Positions 43,517-53,076 of a stretch of DNA of 64,000 nucleotides are shown here, one piece after another. Source of the stretch: an uncultured Dehalococcoidales bacterium. GTDB taxonomy: Bacteria > Chloroflexota > UBA6077 > FW602-bin22. A program made the position numbers and the translations under genes. Location of the stretch: assembly GCA_964536925.1 (NCBI GenBank), contig CAZHZF010000010.1, forward strand, positions 904 through 64,903. The letters run 5' to 3'. The first letter of the stretch is position 1. Every line of letters starts with the position of its first letter. The notes under the pieces were generated by a model that worked only from the letters and a program-made list of their open reading frames with translations, was not told where the DNA came from and made no database searches.

Positions 43517-44389
43517 GTGGCCGACTATGCGAATCCCGGCGTTCTCGTCAGCACTCAGTGGGTGGCGGACCACTCCTCAGATTCCGGAGTGCGCGTTCTG
43601 GAGTCGAACGAGGACATCCTCCTATACGACATCGGACACGTGCCGGGCGCGCTCAAGATCGATTGGCAGCAGGACCTCAACGATCCGGTGACACGCGACT
43701 TCATCGGGCCCGCCGCGTTCGCGGCGCTCGCCCAGCGCCTCGGGATCTCCCCGACGACCACTGTGGTCGTGTACGGAGACCGCAACAACTGGTGGGCGAC
43801 GTACGCGTACTGGATCTTCAAGCTGTTCGGACATCGGGATGTGCGGGTGATGAACGGCGGCCGCGCTAAGTGGATCGAGGAGGGGCGTCCGCTCTCGAAG
43901 GACGTGCCGAGTGTGGGTGCGGCTTCGTATCCGGTGCCCACCTACGACGCGACGTATCGGGCCTACCAGGACGACGTCCTCGCGTTCATCGGCGCCAGCC
44001 GTGGCAAGACATCCGCCACCCTGCCCGCGGGTCGAGCCCTCGTCGACGTGCGGTCGCCGGGCGAGTACAGCGGTCAGGTCACCCATATGCCGGACTACCC
44101 TCAGGAAGGAGTCCTTCGCGGCGGTCACGTGCCCGGCGCCCAGTCGATCCCGTGGGCGCAGGCTGCCAACCCCGATCAGACATTCAAGTCGGCCGACGAC
44201 CTGCGCGCCCTTTACCAGGGCAAGGGAGTGACGCCGGATAAGGACGTGATCGTCTACTGCCGCATTGGAGAGCGGTCGAGTCACACCTGGTTCGTCCTGC
44301 ACGAACTGCTCGGATATTCGAAGGTGCGGAACTACGACGGCTCGTGGACCGAGTGGGGCAATTCCGTTCGGGTCCCTATCGAGAAGTAG
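43517..44389 (+). CDS. thiosulfate/3-mercaptopyruvate sulfurtransferase (tandem rhodanese)
   Basis: Two rhodanese domains with active-site loop [12 protein letters not shown] 43517 has GGAGG at 7-nt spacing (the track start 43511 is too close). Confidence 0.9.
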   Translation: MADYANPGVLVSTQWVADHSSDSGVRVLESNEDILLYDIGHVPGALKIDWQQDLNDPVTRDFIGPAAFAALAQRLGISPTTTVVVYGDRNNWWATYAYWIFKLFGHRDVRVMNGGRAKWIEEGRPLSKDVPSVGAASYPVPTYDATYRAYQDDVLAFIGASRGKTSATLPAGRALVDVRSPGEYSGQVTHMPDYPQEGVLRGGHVPGAQSIPWAQAANPDQTFKSADDLRALYQGKGVTPDKDVIVYCRIGERSSHTWFVLHELLGYSKVRNYDGSWTEWGNSVRVPIEK

Positions 44390-44400
44390 AATCCTCGCCG

Positions 44401-44859
44401 GTGGATCGGCAGGAACAGATCGAGGTCTTGCTCGATCACTTCCGGAATCCCCGGAACCGGCATGTCATCGACCCGGTGGACATCACTATGCCCGGGGGAA
44501 ACCCCGGGTGTGGCGACGTGGTGACGATCTACTTCCGTGCCACGGAGGATGGGGGAAGGCTCGACGCCGCGTCCTTCGTCGGCAGCGGATGCACGATCAG
44601 TCAGGCAGCCGCCTCGGTACTCATGGAGATAGTGAACGACCGCCGGCCACCACTCGAGGAGATCCTCGACATGGACTACGAGGATATGGTCGACACGCTG
44701 GGCCGCGAGACGGTCAGTTCCCGGCCGCGGTGCGCGACTCTCGCGCTGGGCACCCTGAAGGCCGCGGTCCGACGCTACACGCGGAATCGCCTGCGGGCCG
44801 AGCACGGCCTGCCTCCCGAGCCGGGCGGTGAGAGCGAGGCCGAGGAATTCCTCGTCTGA
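44401..44859 (+). CDS. SufU/IscU-like Fe-S cluster scaffold
   Basis: LLDHFRNPRN, NPGCGD, GSGCTIS, RPRCATLA. Confidence 0.85.
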   Translation: MDRQEQIEVLLDHFRNPRNRHVIDPVDITMPGGNPGCGDVVTIYFRATEDGGRLDAASFVGSGCTISQAAASVLMEIVNDRRPPLEEILDMDYEDMVDTLGRETVSSRPRCATLALGTLKAAVRRYTRNRLRAEHGLPPEPGGESEAEEFLV

Positions 44860-44865
44860 CCCTGG

Positions 44866-45405
44866 TTAGCGGCTCATCAAGAGCAGCATCAGCATCGCGA
44901 GTATCAGGACCGACATTCCGGCGAGCATGACGGTCACATCCTGGCGGAACGATCGGAGCCGGTGATCCAGACGATGATCGAAGGAGGTCACGATCGTCGA
45001 CCAGCGCTCCCGCTCTCTGGTGAAGTCATTCTCAAGGCGGCCAACTCGGCTGACCACATCCGTCACCGATTCGGCCGTGGCGCTCAAGTGCTTCCCGACC
45101 TCGCCCGCGATCAGGCCGGGCACTTCACCGCGCAACTCGGCAACGGAGGCCCGAGCATTGGACTCGCCCTGCTCGACGCGCTGGCGAAGTGCCTCGTGGT
45201 CGGCCTCGAGCTTGATGATGCGCCCCTCGTATTGCCGCAATGCCGCCACATCTGCCGCCGCGGCGACGGCACCGGTGGCCGACGCAAGACCGCCGGCGCC
45301 CTCCATGGCAACCCCTTCGCCCACATCGGCGATCGGCGGGGCAAGCCCAATGCTCTCGCGTTGCGCGCGAAGTCTCTCGATGAGTCCTGTCTGACCCGTG
45401 TCCAT
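44866..45405 (-). CDS. hypothetical tail-anchored coiled-coil protein (179 aa)
   Basis: Helical repeats followed by a C-terminal TM VMLAGMSVLILAMLMLLLM. Confidence 0.5.
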   Translation of the reverse strand: MDTGQTGLIERLRAQRESIGLAPPIADVGEGVAMEGAGGLASATGAVAAAADVAALRQYEGRIIKLEADHEALRQRVEQGESNARASVAELRGEVPGLIAGEVGKHLSATAESVTDVVSRVGRLENDFTRERERWSTIVTSFDHRLDHRLRSFRQDVTVMLAGMSVLILAMLMLLLMSR

Positions 45406-45413
45406 CGGCCGCG

Positions 45414-45419
45414 ATTATA
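45414..45419 (-). promoter_or_regulatory. consensus -10 TATAAT, 8 nt upstream of ATG 45405 (leaderless-type)
   Basis: The minus strand reads TATAAT-cgcggccg-ATG. Confidence 0.4.
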
Positions 45420-45491
45420 CGGACGTGAGAAAACGCACGGTCCTAGGGGATCGCCCGATCCGCCCCGATCCGTTTCCCCGAAGAAGGCACC

Positions 45492-46766
45492 TCAGAGGTC
45501 GTCGAGGATCCGGCGCGCCGTCCGAACGCTGGATGAAGGACCGACGACCGAGAGGTAGCAGTTCGACGGGATCATGATTCGACGGGCCAGATCGACCATC
45601 TCCTCCACCGTGACCGCCCGAAGGGCGTCGATCTCCGCATCGACGGTCGTGGGGTGTCCGAAGACCTGCTCGTCTCGCCCGGCGAACGACGCGTGGAAGT
45701 CGGTTCCCTCGACGCAGAGCCAGCGCCCGATCAAGTAGTCACGTGTGGACGCGGCCTCCTCGATAGCGATCGTCTCCCGCATCGCCCGAAGTTCCTCGAC
45801 AATCGCCCGCACGGCATCCGTCAGGCGATTCGGATGGACTCCCGCCACGATCGTGAGGAGTCCCGTGTCCGCGTACTGTTCGAGCGACGCCGTGACGTCG
45901 TAGACGAGCCCCAGTTCCTCGCGGAGCTTCAGTTCGAGACGAGATGTCGCCGGACCCGCGAGGCAGGTGGTGAGGACATCCAGGGCGTGGCGCCCCGGTT
46001 CGGCGCGGGAGGGCACCATGAAGCCGATCCTGAATCGCGCCTGTTCGCCGCGGCGAGACTCGACGATCGTTGCTGGACCGGTCGGCGGGGCGGGCGCTGG
46101 CCGAAGCGGACCAATCGGCTCGCCGCTCCAGGCGCCAAAGGCAGCCTCGACGCCGCGGACGACCTCCTCCGACGGAAGCGGACTCGCGACCGAGATCACA
46201 GTATTCGCGGCGGAGAAGACAAGCCGCCGATGTCGATCCAGGTCATCGGCGGTGAGCGATCTGATGGTCGCCTGCGTTCCGAGGATCTCGCGGCCGAGGG
46301 GATGGCGCGGCCACAGGAGGCGCTCCAACTGGGTCTTCGCGAGATCGTCCGCATCGTCCCGGCAGGCTCGCAACTCCTCCGCGATGACCGCGCGCTCTCG
46401 TTCGATTTCGCCGGGATCGAGCAGCGGGGCGATCAGAAGATCGGCCAGCACCTCCGCGAACAGCGCGAAATGAACGGCGGGACCGTGAATGACGAAACCG
46501 CTGTGATCCTTATCCGTGAATGCATCGGCCGATCCCCCGAACCGCTCGGTGGCGAGGCCGATCTGCCGGGCACTGGGCCAGCGGCGCGTGCCCTTGAACA
46601 CAGCGTGCTCGAGGAAATGCGCGGCGCCGGCCCGGTCATCCGGTTCGGCGCGCGAGCCGCCGTCCAGGTATGCGCGGATTGAGACGGCGCGGGACTCCTG
46701 CAGCGTGCAGGTGACGAGTCTGAGCCCGTTGGCCAGACGATGCCTGATGTAGCGCGCTGGACTCAC
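45492..46766 (-). CDS. M16 family zinc peptidase (insulinase-like)
   Basis: HFLEHAVFKGT (HxxEH). GTG 46766 overlaps the scpA stop (GTGA) and gives a typical ~424 aa. Confidence 0.88.
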   Translation of the reverse strand: MSPARYIRHRLANGLRLVTCTLQESRAVSIRAYLDGGSRAEPDDRAGAAHFLEHAVFKGTRRWPSARQIGLATERFGGSADAFTDKDHSGFVIHGPAVHFALFAEVLADLLIAPLLDPGEIERERAVIAEELRACRDDADDLAKTQLERLLWPRHPLGREILGTQATIRSLTADDLDRHRRLVFSAANTVISVASPLPSEEVVRGVEAAFGAWSGEPIGPLRPAPAPPTGPATIVESRRGEQARFRIGFMVPSRAEPGRHALDVLTTCLAGPATSRLELKLREELGLVYDVTASLEQYADTGLLTIVAGVHPNRLTDAVRAIVEELRAMRETIAIEEAASTRDYLIGRWLCVEGTDFHASFAGRDEQVFGHPTTVDAEIDALRAVTVEEMVDLARRIMIPSNCYLSVVGPSSSVRTARRILDDL

Positions 46767-47479
46767 CCCGCGCGCGACAGTTCGATATCGTCGAACTGGC
46801 CCGCCTGTGTCACGTGCGCGATGCCCAGACGCATGAGTTCGAGCAGCGCGAGGAAGGTCGCGACCCACGCGGCCCGCTCGCTCCCTCGCAGGATGGTCCC
46901 CAGCGTGAACCGCTCATGGGAGGCGAGGCACTGGCGCAGCATGTCCATCTGCCCGCCGATCGTGAACTCCTCGCGGGGCAGGTCGTCGACCGGCATCGTC
47001 CGGGTGCGCGCGATCAGCCTCTGCATCGCCCGAACCAGGTCACGTGTGGATCCCGGAAGCAACGCCGGCACGGGGAGTTCACCCGGGCTCGGCGGGATCA
47101 GACTCGCGTACGAGCGGAGCCCGCGAATCTCGCGTTCGCGGAGCGCCTCGGCGGCGCGCCGGAAGTTCTGGTACGCGCGGAGCCGCTCGATCAGATCCGC
47201 CGCGAGCGCCTCCGCGTCCTCCTCCTCGTCCTCTGCCCGCTGGCTCGGGAAAAGCGCCAACGCCTTGATCTGCAACAGGCGCGCCGCAACGGCGACGAAA
47301 TGAGACAGCTCGTTCGGGTCGATCTCGTCCAGTGACCCGATGTACGAGACGAAGTCGTCGGTCACGATGGCCAGCGAGATCGTCGTGATCTCGAGCTCTC
47401 GCCGCTCGATCAGGCTCAGAAGGGCGTCGAGAGGGCCGCTGAACCCCGCTACCGCGACGCTATACGCACGCGCGCTCAA
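46763..47479 (-). CDS. scpA: segregation and condensation protein A
   Basis: FSGPLDALLSLIERRELEITTISLAIVTDDF. TTG start overlaps the upstream stop (TTGA). Confidence 0.88.
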   Translation of the reverse strand: MSARAYSVAVAGFSGPLDALLSLIERRELEITTISLAIVTDDFVSYIGSLDEIDPNELSHFVAVAARLLQIKALALFPSQRAEDEEEDAEALAADLIERLRAYQNFRRAAEALREREIRGLRSYASLIPPSPGELPVPALLPGSTRDLVRAMQRLIARTRTMPVDDLPREEFTIGGQMDMLRQCLASHERFTLGTILRGSERAAWVATFLALLELMRLGIAHVTQAGQFDDIELSRAG

Positions 47480-48666
47480 TGCAGCTGTAATCCGGTCTTC
47501 ACTGACCCTTGCTTGAGTCCACGTTCGATCGTCGAAACGCGATCCCGCACCGGTGCCGGGATCTTCGGCTCCGCCTCGCGGTACGGGGCGAGGCGCGTCT
47601 CGCCGGTCACGTTCCCACCCTTGATCGTCCCCTCGCTGATGCCTTTGACGAGAGCCTTGATCGAGTCCGTCGTGATCACCTTGTAGAGGCTCGTCAGCAG
47701 TACACCGCGGGCGTTGGGCAGAGCTTCGTACTGATCCACCTCAGCGCCAATCGCGAGGACGTTGCGGGCGCGGGCCGCGTCGATCGCCGCCTGGCCCGTC
47801 GCGCCCCCTGCCGCGAAGATGACGTCCGCGCCATCGGCGATCATCTGGTTCGCCGTATCCCGACCCCACCGCTGATCCGCGAATCCCTCGGGCAACTCCC
47901 CGGGGTGGTACTCCACGAAGGACACCACGTTCGGATTGATGTATTCAGCGCCAAGCGCGAATCCCTCGCCATAGGCGACCATGTTCGACATCCAGCCCGG
48001 ACCGACGATCGCCCCCACGAAACTGGTCTTCGTCATGAGCGCGGCCAGAGCTCCGGCAAGGAAGCCCGCCTGGTCGTCATCGAACACGAGGCCGATCACA
48101 TTGGGCATCACGCGATCCTGATACTGGTCGATGCCGATAAAGCGGACCTGCGGATTGCGTTCGGCGGCATCCTGCGTCGCCTGGACGAGATCGGGCCCGA
48201 TGGTGATCACGACGTTGGCTCCGCCGCGGATCAACTGATCGATCGCCCGGACGTACTCCTCCGGGTCTCCCGAGTTGACCTGCCGGATCTGCGCGGAAAG
48301 ATCCTGCTCCTGCAGACGGATCGGCTCCCAAACCGGCCGGACGATGCCGATCTGCACTGTCTGCGGTTTCGACACGGCTGGCGCGGGTGCCGCGGGCGGA
48401 GGAGTCGTAGGCGCCCCGGGTTTCGCGACCGGAACCGGGGTCGCCTGAGGCTTCCCAGCCGCGGCCAGGGCCTGCGCCGCCGCGGTGGCCGCGAGCGCGG
48501 CGGGATCGTTCTTCCCGACCGCGATGGGCGTCTCGTTCTGGATCACGATAGGCGACTGCGCAGACGCACCGGTCGCTGGCCGTCCCGTGTCCTCAGCACC
48601 GGTGCAGCCGATGACGATCAGACAGGCCAGACCGGCGCCAACGGTCACCAACCACCGGGCCACCAT
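47476..48666 (-). CDS. BMP family (Med/PnrA-like) ABC-transporter substrate-binding lipoprotein
   Basis: Lipobox LIVIGC after MVARWLVTVGAGLA, A/P linker, BMP motifs (FIGIDQYQ, AGFLAGALAA, GAIVGP). Confidence 0.88.
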   Translation of the reverse strand: MVARWLVTVGAGLACLIVIGCTGAEDTGRPATGASAQSPIVIQNETPIAVGKNDPAALAATAAAQALAAAGKPQATPVPVAKPGAPTTPPPAAPAPAVSKPQTVQIGIVRPVWEPIRLQEQDLSAQIRQVNSGDPEEYVRAIDQLIRGGANVVITIGPDLVQATQDAAERNPQVRFIGIDQYQDRVMPNVIGLVFDDDQAGFLAGALAALMTKTSFVGAIVGPGWMSNMVAYGEGFALGAEYINPNVVSFVEYHPGELPEGFADQRWGRDTANQMIADGADVIFAAGGATGQAAIDAARARNVLAIGAEVDQYEALPNARGVLLTSLYKVITTDSIKALVKGISEGTIKGGNVTGETRLAPYREAEPKIPAPVRDRVSTIERGLKQGSVKTGLQLH

Positions 48667-48713
48667 CTCAGTGTAGGTACTGGCCGGAGGTACGCGCATA
48701 TCGCCTGAAAGGG

Positions 48714-48962
48714 TCAGTCGCCGCGGAGGACGCCTACCGTTCCGGCCCCGATCGCATCGGCCACGATCGCGCAATCGACCGTTTGAGCCGCACGCAGATT
48801 CTCCGCCACGATCTCATCGTGTAGCTCCTGCCGAAGGACGCTCACCTCACGCGGAGCAACGATCCCTAGCTTCACGCGGTCGCCGGAGACCTCGAGTATC
48901 GTGATGCGGATAGACCCGCCGATCACGATCGACTGATCGATCTTCCGGCTGAGGACGAGCAT
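48714..48962 (-). CDS. csrA: carbon storage/translational regulator CsrA
   Basis: MLVLSRKIDQSIVIGG...VKLGIVAPREV, with a C-terminal extension as in FliW-partnered CsrA. Confidence 0.93.
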   Translation of the reverse strand: MLVLSRKIDQSIVIGGSIRITILEVSGDRVKLGIVAPREVSVLRQELHDEIVAENLRAAQTVDCAIVADAIGAGTVGVLRGD

Positions 48963-49369
48963 CAGGCCGCGACCGGATGCCGGACGACGTACGGTGATCC
49001 GTTGAGGACGACCTGGCGGCCCCGCCCTGTGGCAGCATTGACGATCAGCGGCCCCAGCAGGTTCGCCGTGATCGAGCGCGGGCTCTCGCGCACAGTGAGC
49101 GTCACCAGGACAAGGGCCTCGCTCGGATCGCTGAGATCCAACTCGGCCGCCTCCTCATCGGAGAGCTCCACACTGAAGTCCGGGTCGATTGTAAAGGGAT
49201 CGACCACGAAGAGACTCACGTCACTGTCGAGGCCACGCAAGCGATGGACCGTGGGACCGGCGGCGCCCTGTTCGAACCGGAATCGACGCCACGTGGGGCA
49301 GCCGACCAGCCCGGCCGGAAAGACGAAGACCTGCCCGTGGAGGGGCGACGCGCTCGTCAGATCGATCAT
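48962..49369 (-). CDS. fliW: flagellar assembly factor FliW
   Basis: FPAGLVGCP, FVVDPF, ITANLLGPLIVN. One-base overlap with the csrA start. Confidence 0.9.
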   Translation of the reverse strand: MIDLTSASPLHGQVFVFPAGLVGCPTWRRFRFEQGAAGPTVHRLRGLDSDVSLFVVDPFTIDPDFSVELSDEEAAELDLSDPSEALVLVTLTVRESPRSITANLLGPLIVNAATGRGRQVVLNGSPYVVRHPVAA

Positions 49370-50259
49370 CGGAGGAACTCGATTAGGCTGGCCTGGACAA
49401 TGCGCGCGCCAGTGGCGAGTGCGGCCTGTAGCGCGGACTGCTGGGCATTCAGGCGAATGATGGCCTCGCTCATGTCGACCTCTTCGACCTGACTGAGGAC
49501 ATCGGCGTTGTTCAGCCTGAGCGCCGAAAGTTGCGCCCGCGTCAGATCCAGTCGGGTTCCCTTTGACCCGACCTGGCTGAGCAGCGCGTCGAGGACATCG
49601 TCGTGCACGGTCTCCAGCTCGTCGAGGCGATCGAGCGACAGCGACTCCTGATTGTGGGCCCGCAGATCATCGCGGACGCCGATCAGGACATCGAAGACCT
49701 GAGGGAAGACGCGATCTCCTGTCGTATTGATCGTTAACTTGACACCCGGGGAGACGGCACGCTGAATCTCGCCGTTGTCGCCGTTGTACTGCCAGCCCGT
49801 CTTGGCACTATCGAGGAACTCGAACGGCGTGGTGCGCGTATTGAAGCCGCCGAAGATGAAGCGATCCCCGTAACGGGTGTTCGCCATCTGCATCGCGTGA
49901 TCGAGAAGCTGATCGACCTCATTCGCCAGGGCATCGGTCTCATTGGGGGAGAGCGTCTCGGTCGCCCCCTGCACCGCGAGCTCTCGTACGCGCTGAATGA
50001 TCGCGCTGAGGTCCTGCAGCGCCACATCGGTCGCGTTCAGCCAGCCCTCGGCCAGATCGATGTTGAGTTGCGATTGCGCGAGTTCGGCGTCATTGGAGCG
50101 CAGGACGAGTGAAGTTACCGTTCCTGTCGGGTCGTCCGATGGGCGGATAATGCGTCGGCCGGTGGCGACCTGCTCCTGAAGACGATCGAACCGCTGGGTA
50201 TTCGATTGGAGATTGCCCAGCAGTTTATCGACGAGCAAACGATCTGTAACGCGTACCAT
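49366..50259 (-). CDS. flgL: flagellar hook-associated protein 3 FlgL
   Basis: Flagellin-like N-terminus (MVRVTD...LQEQVATGRRIIRPSDDP) and C-terminus (LNAQQSALQAALATGARIVQASLIEFL). Confidence 0.88.
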   Translation of the reverse strand: MVRVTDRLLVDKLLGNLQSNTQRFDRLQEQVATGRRIIRPSDDPTGTVTSLVLRSNDAELAQSQLNIDLAEGWLNATDVALQDLSAIIQRVRELAVQGATETLSPNETDALANEVDQLLDHAMQMANTRYGDRFIFGGFNTRTTPFEFLDSAKTGWQYNGDNGEIQRAVSPGVKLTINTTGDRVFPQVFDVLIGVRDDLRAHNQESLSLDRLDELETVHDDVLDALLSQVGSKGTRLDLTRAQLSALRLNNADVLSQVEEVDMSEAIIRLNAQQSALQAALATGARIVQASLIEFLR

Positions 50260-50262
50260 TTC

Positions 50263-51708
50263 TTATCGCCCCACGATTCCCATATTGTTGATGATGCGAT
50301 CGAGCATCTCGTCGAACGCGGTGACGATCCGCGCTGCGGCGTTGTAGGCGTGCTGGAAGCGAATCAGATTCGTCGCCTCTTCGTCCAGCGAAACGCCGCC
50401 GTTCGATTGCCTCAATTGACTCAACTGGCTGCTCAGCAGTTGCTCGTTCTGCTGCATGCCGTGTGCCTGCTGCCTGAGGATGCCGATCTCCGCCACGAGG
50501 CCGGCGAAGAAGTCCTCCATCGTCGCGCTGCCGTTGTTCATGGTCAGTTCGCGCTGGATGTCGTGGATGAGCAGCGCGTTCGATCCGTCGCCCGGTGACA
50601 GCTGCGCGCTTGCCGCCGCGATGTTGTCGAGGTCGCCGGTGATGATCTCGGAGACGGTGATGTCGTCCGCGCCGGTGCCCTCGAAGAACGGGAGTCCCGT
50701 CTGATCGTTGAGGCCAAATCCGAGCGCGTGCGCCTCGTTGACGCGGGTGATGAGCGTGGCACCGAGCCCCTGCAGGCTCTGAAGCGCCCTGGCGATCACC
50801 GTGTCGCGCGCGTAGATGTCACCGAAGAGCTGGCCACTTGAGATGCTCACCGGGTCCAGGGCCAGCGGGGGCGTCTGCTCCAGGCGAAAGGCGTCGTGCC
50901 ACATCACCTGGTTGAACCCATCGGGATTGGTCGGGTCGGCCTGAACCGTGAGCGCGAACGACTGATTCGAGAACACCGCCGTCCGACCGCCGATGTTGAT
51001 CGTCACGGCGCCGTTCGCGCCCTCCGTGTAACTGACGTTGACGATCTTCGCGAGATCGTCGATGAGGGTGTCACGCTGATCTCGCAGGTCGTTAGGCTGG
51101 TCGCCAGCGCCCACGATCCGGATGATCTGATCGTTGAGTCTCGCGATACGCGTCGTCAGATTGTTGATGTCCTGAACCCGCAGCACGAGTTGACGATCCA
51201 GATCGCGCTGCATCGTCTCCCACGTCCGATACATGTTGTTCATCTGAGTCGTGAGCGTGAGCGCGCTTTCGGCAAGCGCCTTGCGACTGGCCTGGCTCTC
51301 CGGGCTGTTTGCCAGCGCGCTCCAGTCGTTCCAGAACCGACTCATGGACCCCGCGAGCCCTTCGGTCGACGGTTCGTTCAGGCTCTCCTCGAGGCGCGCG
51401 ATCGCGGTGTGCGAGGCCTCCCACTGGCCCAGCAACTGCTGCTCCTGGCGGAACTGCAGGTCGACGAAGCCATCGCGGAACCGCTTGATGTTCGCGACCT
51501 GGACACCCGTTCCAAGCTGGGCCGGCTGTTGCGGCCGCGTCGTACCGACAACCGTGAACGGTACCGAGGCGATCATTTCGGCAGCTTGACGGGTGAAGCC
51601 GTCGGTATTCGCGTTGGCGATATTGTGCGCCGTGATGTCCAGCGCCAGTTGCTGTGCGACCAGAGCGCGATTGGCGAGAGTCAGCGACGCGAACGTCGAG
51701 CGGATCAT
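50263..51708 (-). CDS. flgK: flagellar hook-associated protein 1 FlgK
   Basis: ITAHNIANANTDGFTRQ at the N-terminus, NLIRFQHAYNAAARI at the C-terminus. Confidence 0.92.
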   Translation of the reverse strand: MIRSTFASLTLANRALVAQQLALDITAHNIANANTDGFTRQAAEMIASVPFTVVGTTRPQQPAQLGTGVQVANIKRFRDGFVDLQFRQEQQLLGQWEASHTAIARLEESLNEPSTEGLAGSMSRFWNDWSALANSPESQASRKALAESALTLTTQMNNMYRTWETMQRDLDRQLVLRVQDINNLTTRIARLNDQIIRIVGAGDQPNDLRDQRDTLIDDLAKIVNVSYTEGANGAVTINIGGRTAVFSNQSFALTVQADPTNPDGFNQVMWHDAFRLEQTPPLALDPVSISSGQLFGDIYARDTVIARALQSLQGLGATLITRVNEAHALGFGLNDQTGLPFFEGTGADDITVSEIITGDLDNIAAASAQLSPGDGSNALLIHDIQRELTMNNGSATMEDFFAGLVAEIGILRQQAHGMQQNEQLLSSQLSQLRQSNGGVSLDEEATNLIRFQHAYNAAARIVTAFDEMLDRIINNMGIVGR

Positions 51709-52196
51709 GCTCGGTAATCCAGTACCGCCACCGCGCGTCGGCTGGTCGCGGGACCGTCCGGCTGGTAGAGGACGTTCCCACCATCCACCTGCGCGGCAGC
51801 GAGCGTCCGGTCGACGATCGCGAGAGCGGAATACAGCAGCCGTGCGTTCTGGGCATTCGCCCGCTCCAGGTCGCGCACCGAACGCAGGAGGTCATCGCGG
51901 ACGCGTCCGAGGCGCTCGGCTTCGGGACCCGGAAGCCGGTCGATCAGGCCGGTGACCGTAACCTCTCCCCCGTCCGAGTTGCGGGCGCGCAGCCAGGCGT
52001 GGCGATTCGCCTCGAGACGGGCCGCATCCTGCAGGAGAGCCATCTTGCGCTCGGTCACGTCATTCAGCCGATCCGGCGTCCGCGCGACGATCGCCAGACG
52101 CTCCTCGATCGCGAGGTCGGCGAGCCCGCGGTAGGCCGCCACCTCCTGCTGGAGGATTTCGATGAGGTCATCGCAGCGCGCACTCGTTCGACTCAC
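51705..52196 (-). CDS. flgN: FlgN-like flagellar export chaperone
   Basis: Position immediately upstream of flgK (4-nt overlap). The helical 163-aa sequence (LIEILQQEVAAYRGLADLA...) fits the FlgN family loosely. Confidence 0.6.
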   Translation of the reverse strand: MSRTSARCDDLIEILQQEVAAYRGLADLAIEERLAIVARTPDRLNDVTERKMALLQDAARLEANRHAWLRARNSDGGEVTVTGLIDRLPGPEAERLGRVRDDLLRSVRDLERANAQNARLLYSALAIVDRTLAAAQVDGGNVLYQPDGPATSRRAVAVLDYRA

Positions 52197-52231
52197 GTTA
52201 CGTCACCCATTCCATCTTCGGCGGTGCGCGC

Positions 52232-53053
52232 TCATCGGCGCAGGTTGTTGGCAAGACCGAGCATCTCATCGAGGGACTGGAGGACACGCGCGCTGAGGCC
52301 ATAGGCTCGCTGGCCGATCAGCATCGACGTCATCTGCTCGGCGATGTCGACATTGGATGTCTCGAGCGCTCCGGCGCGGATGCTCCCCAGGCCGTCGGCA
52401 GCCGGATAGCCCACGATCGGATCGCCGGATGCGTCGGTCGCGGCGAAGAGGTTGCCGCCGAGCGCGGCGAGTCCGCGCGGATTGACGAACCGCGCGAGCT
52501 GCACTTCACCAACCAGGACGTCGAATTCGGTGCCATCCTCGGCCACCAACCGCGCCATCACCAGGCCAGCATCATCGATACGGATGTCGGTGGCGTCCGC
52601 AGGAATCCGGGTCTCCGGCAGCACCACGTCGCCGTTCGCCGTCACCAGCCTCCCGATCGAATCGAGCTTGAACGATCCATCTCGGGTGTATGACGCGCCG
52701 CCATCGGCGCTCTGCACGATGAAGAATCCATCACCCTCGATGGCGAGGTGGTAGGGATCGGCATCTTCAATGATGCGACCGGCCTCGAAACTGTGTGCGA
52801 TCGTTCCCACCCGCACGCCTGCGGTCAGGAGATCGAGCAGTCCGGACGATCGTCCCGCGCCGCCGGTGGGTTCGTCAACCGCGCGCCCGGTGCCCCCTCC
52901 GAGGGGAAGGTGCTGCTGCAGCAGATCCTGGAACTCGACATGACGCGCCCGGTACCCGGTCGTATTGACGTTCGCCAGGTTCGCGGCGATGACGTCGATC
53001 GCCTGCTGCTGGGCGAACATACTGCTCATCGGTCCGGCCAGGACAGGTAGCAC
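52232..53053 (-). CDS. flgG: flagellar basal-body rod protein FlgG
   Basis: IDVIAANLANVNTTGYRA at the N-terminus, SNVDIAEQMTSMLIGQRAYGLSARVLQSLDEML at the C-terminus. GTG start. Confidence 0.88.
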   Translation of the reverse strand: MLPVLAGPMSSMFAQQQAIDVIAANLANVNTTGYRARHVEFQDLLQQHLPLGGGTGRAVDEPTGGAGRSSGLLDLLTAGVRVGTIAHSFEAGRIIEDADPYHLAIEGDGFFIVQSADGGASYTRDGSFKLDSIGRLVTANGDVVLPETRIPADATDIRIDDAGLVMARLVAEDGTEFDVLVGEVQLARFVNPRGLAALGGNLFAATDASGDPIVGYPAADGLGSIRAGALETSNVDIAEQMTSMLIGQRAYGLSARVLQSLDEMLGLANNLRR

Positions 53054-53076
53054 CGGCGATCACCTCTCAGACGCGA

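Noticed and set aside
48133-48140. An exact sigma-28 -10 consensus GCCGATAA on the plus strand.
   Set aside because: It lies inside the minus-strand BMP lipoprotein gene. It has no TAAA at -35 spacing and no plus-strand gene downstream, so it is most likely a chance match.
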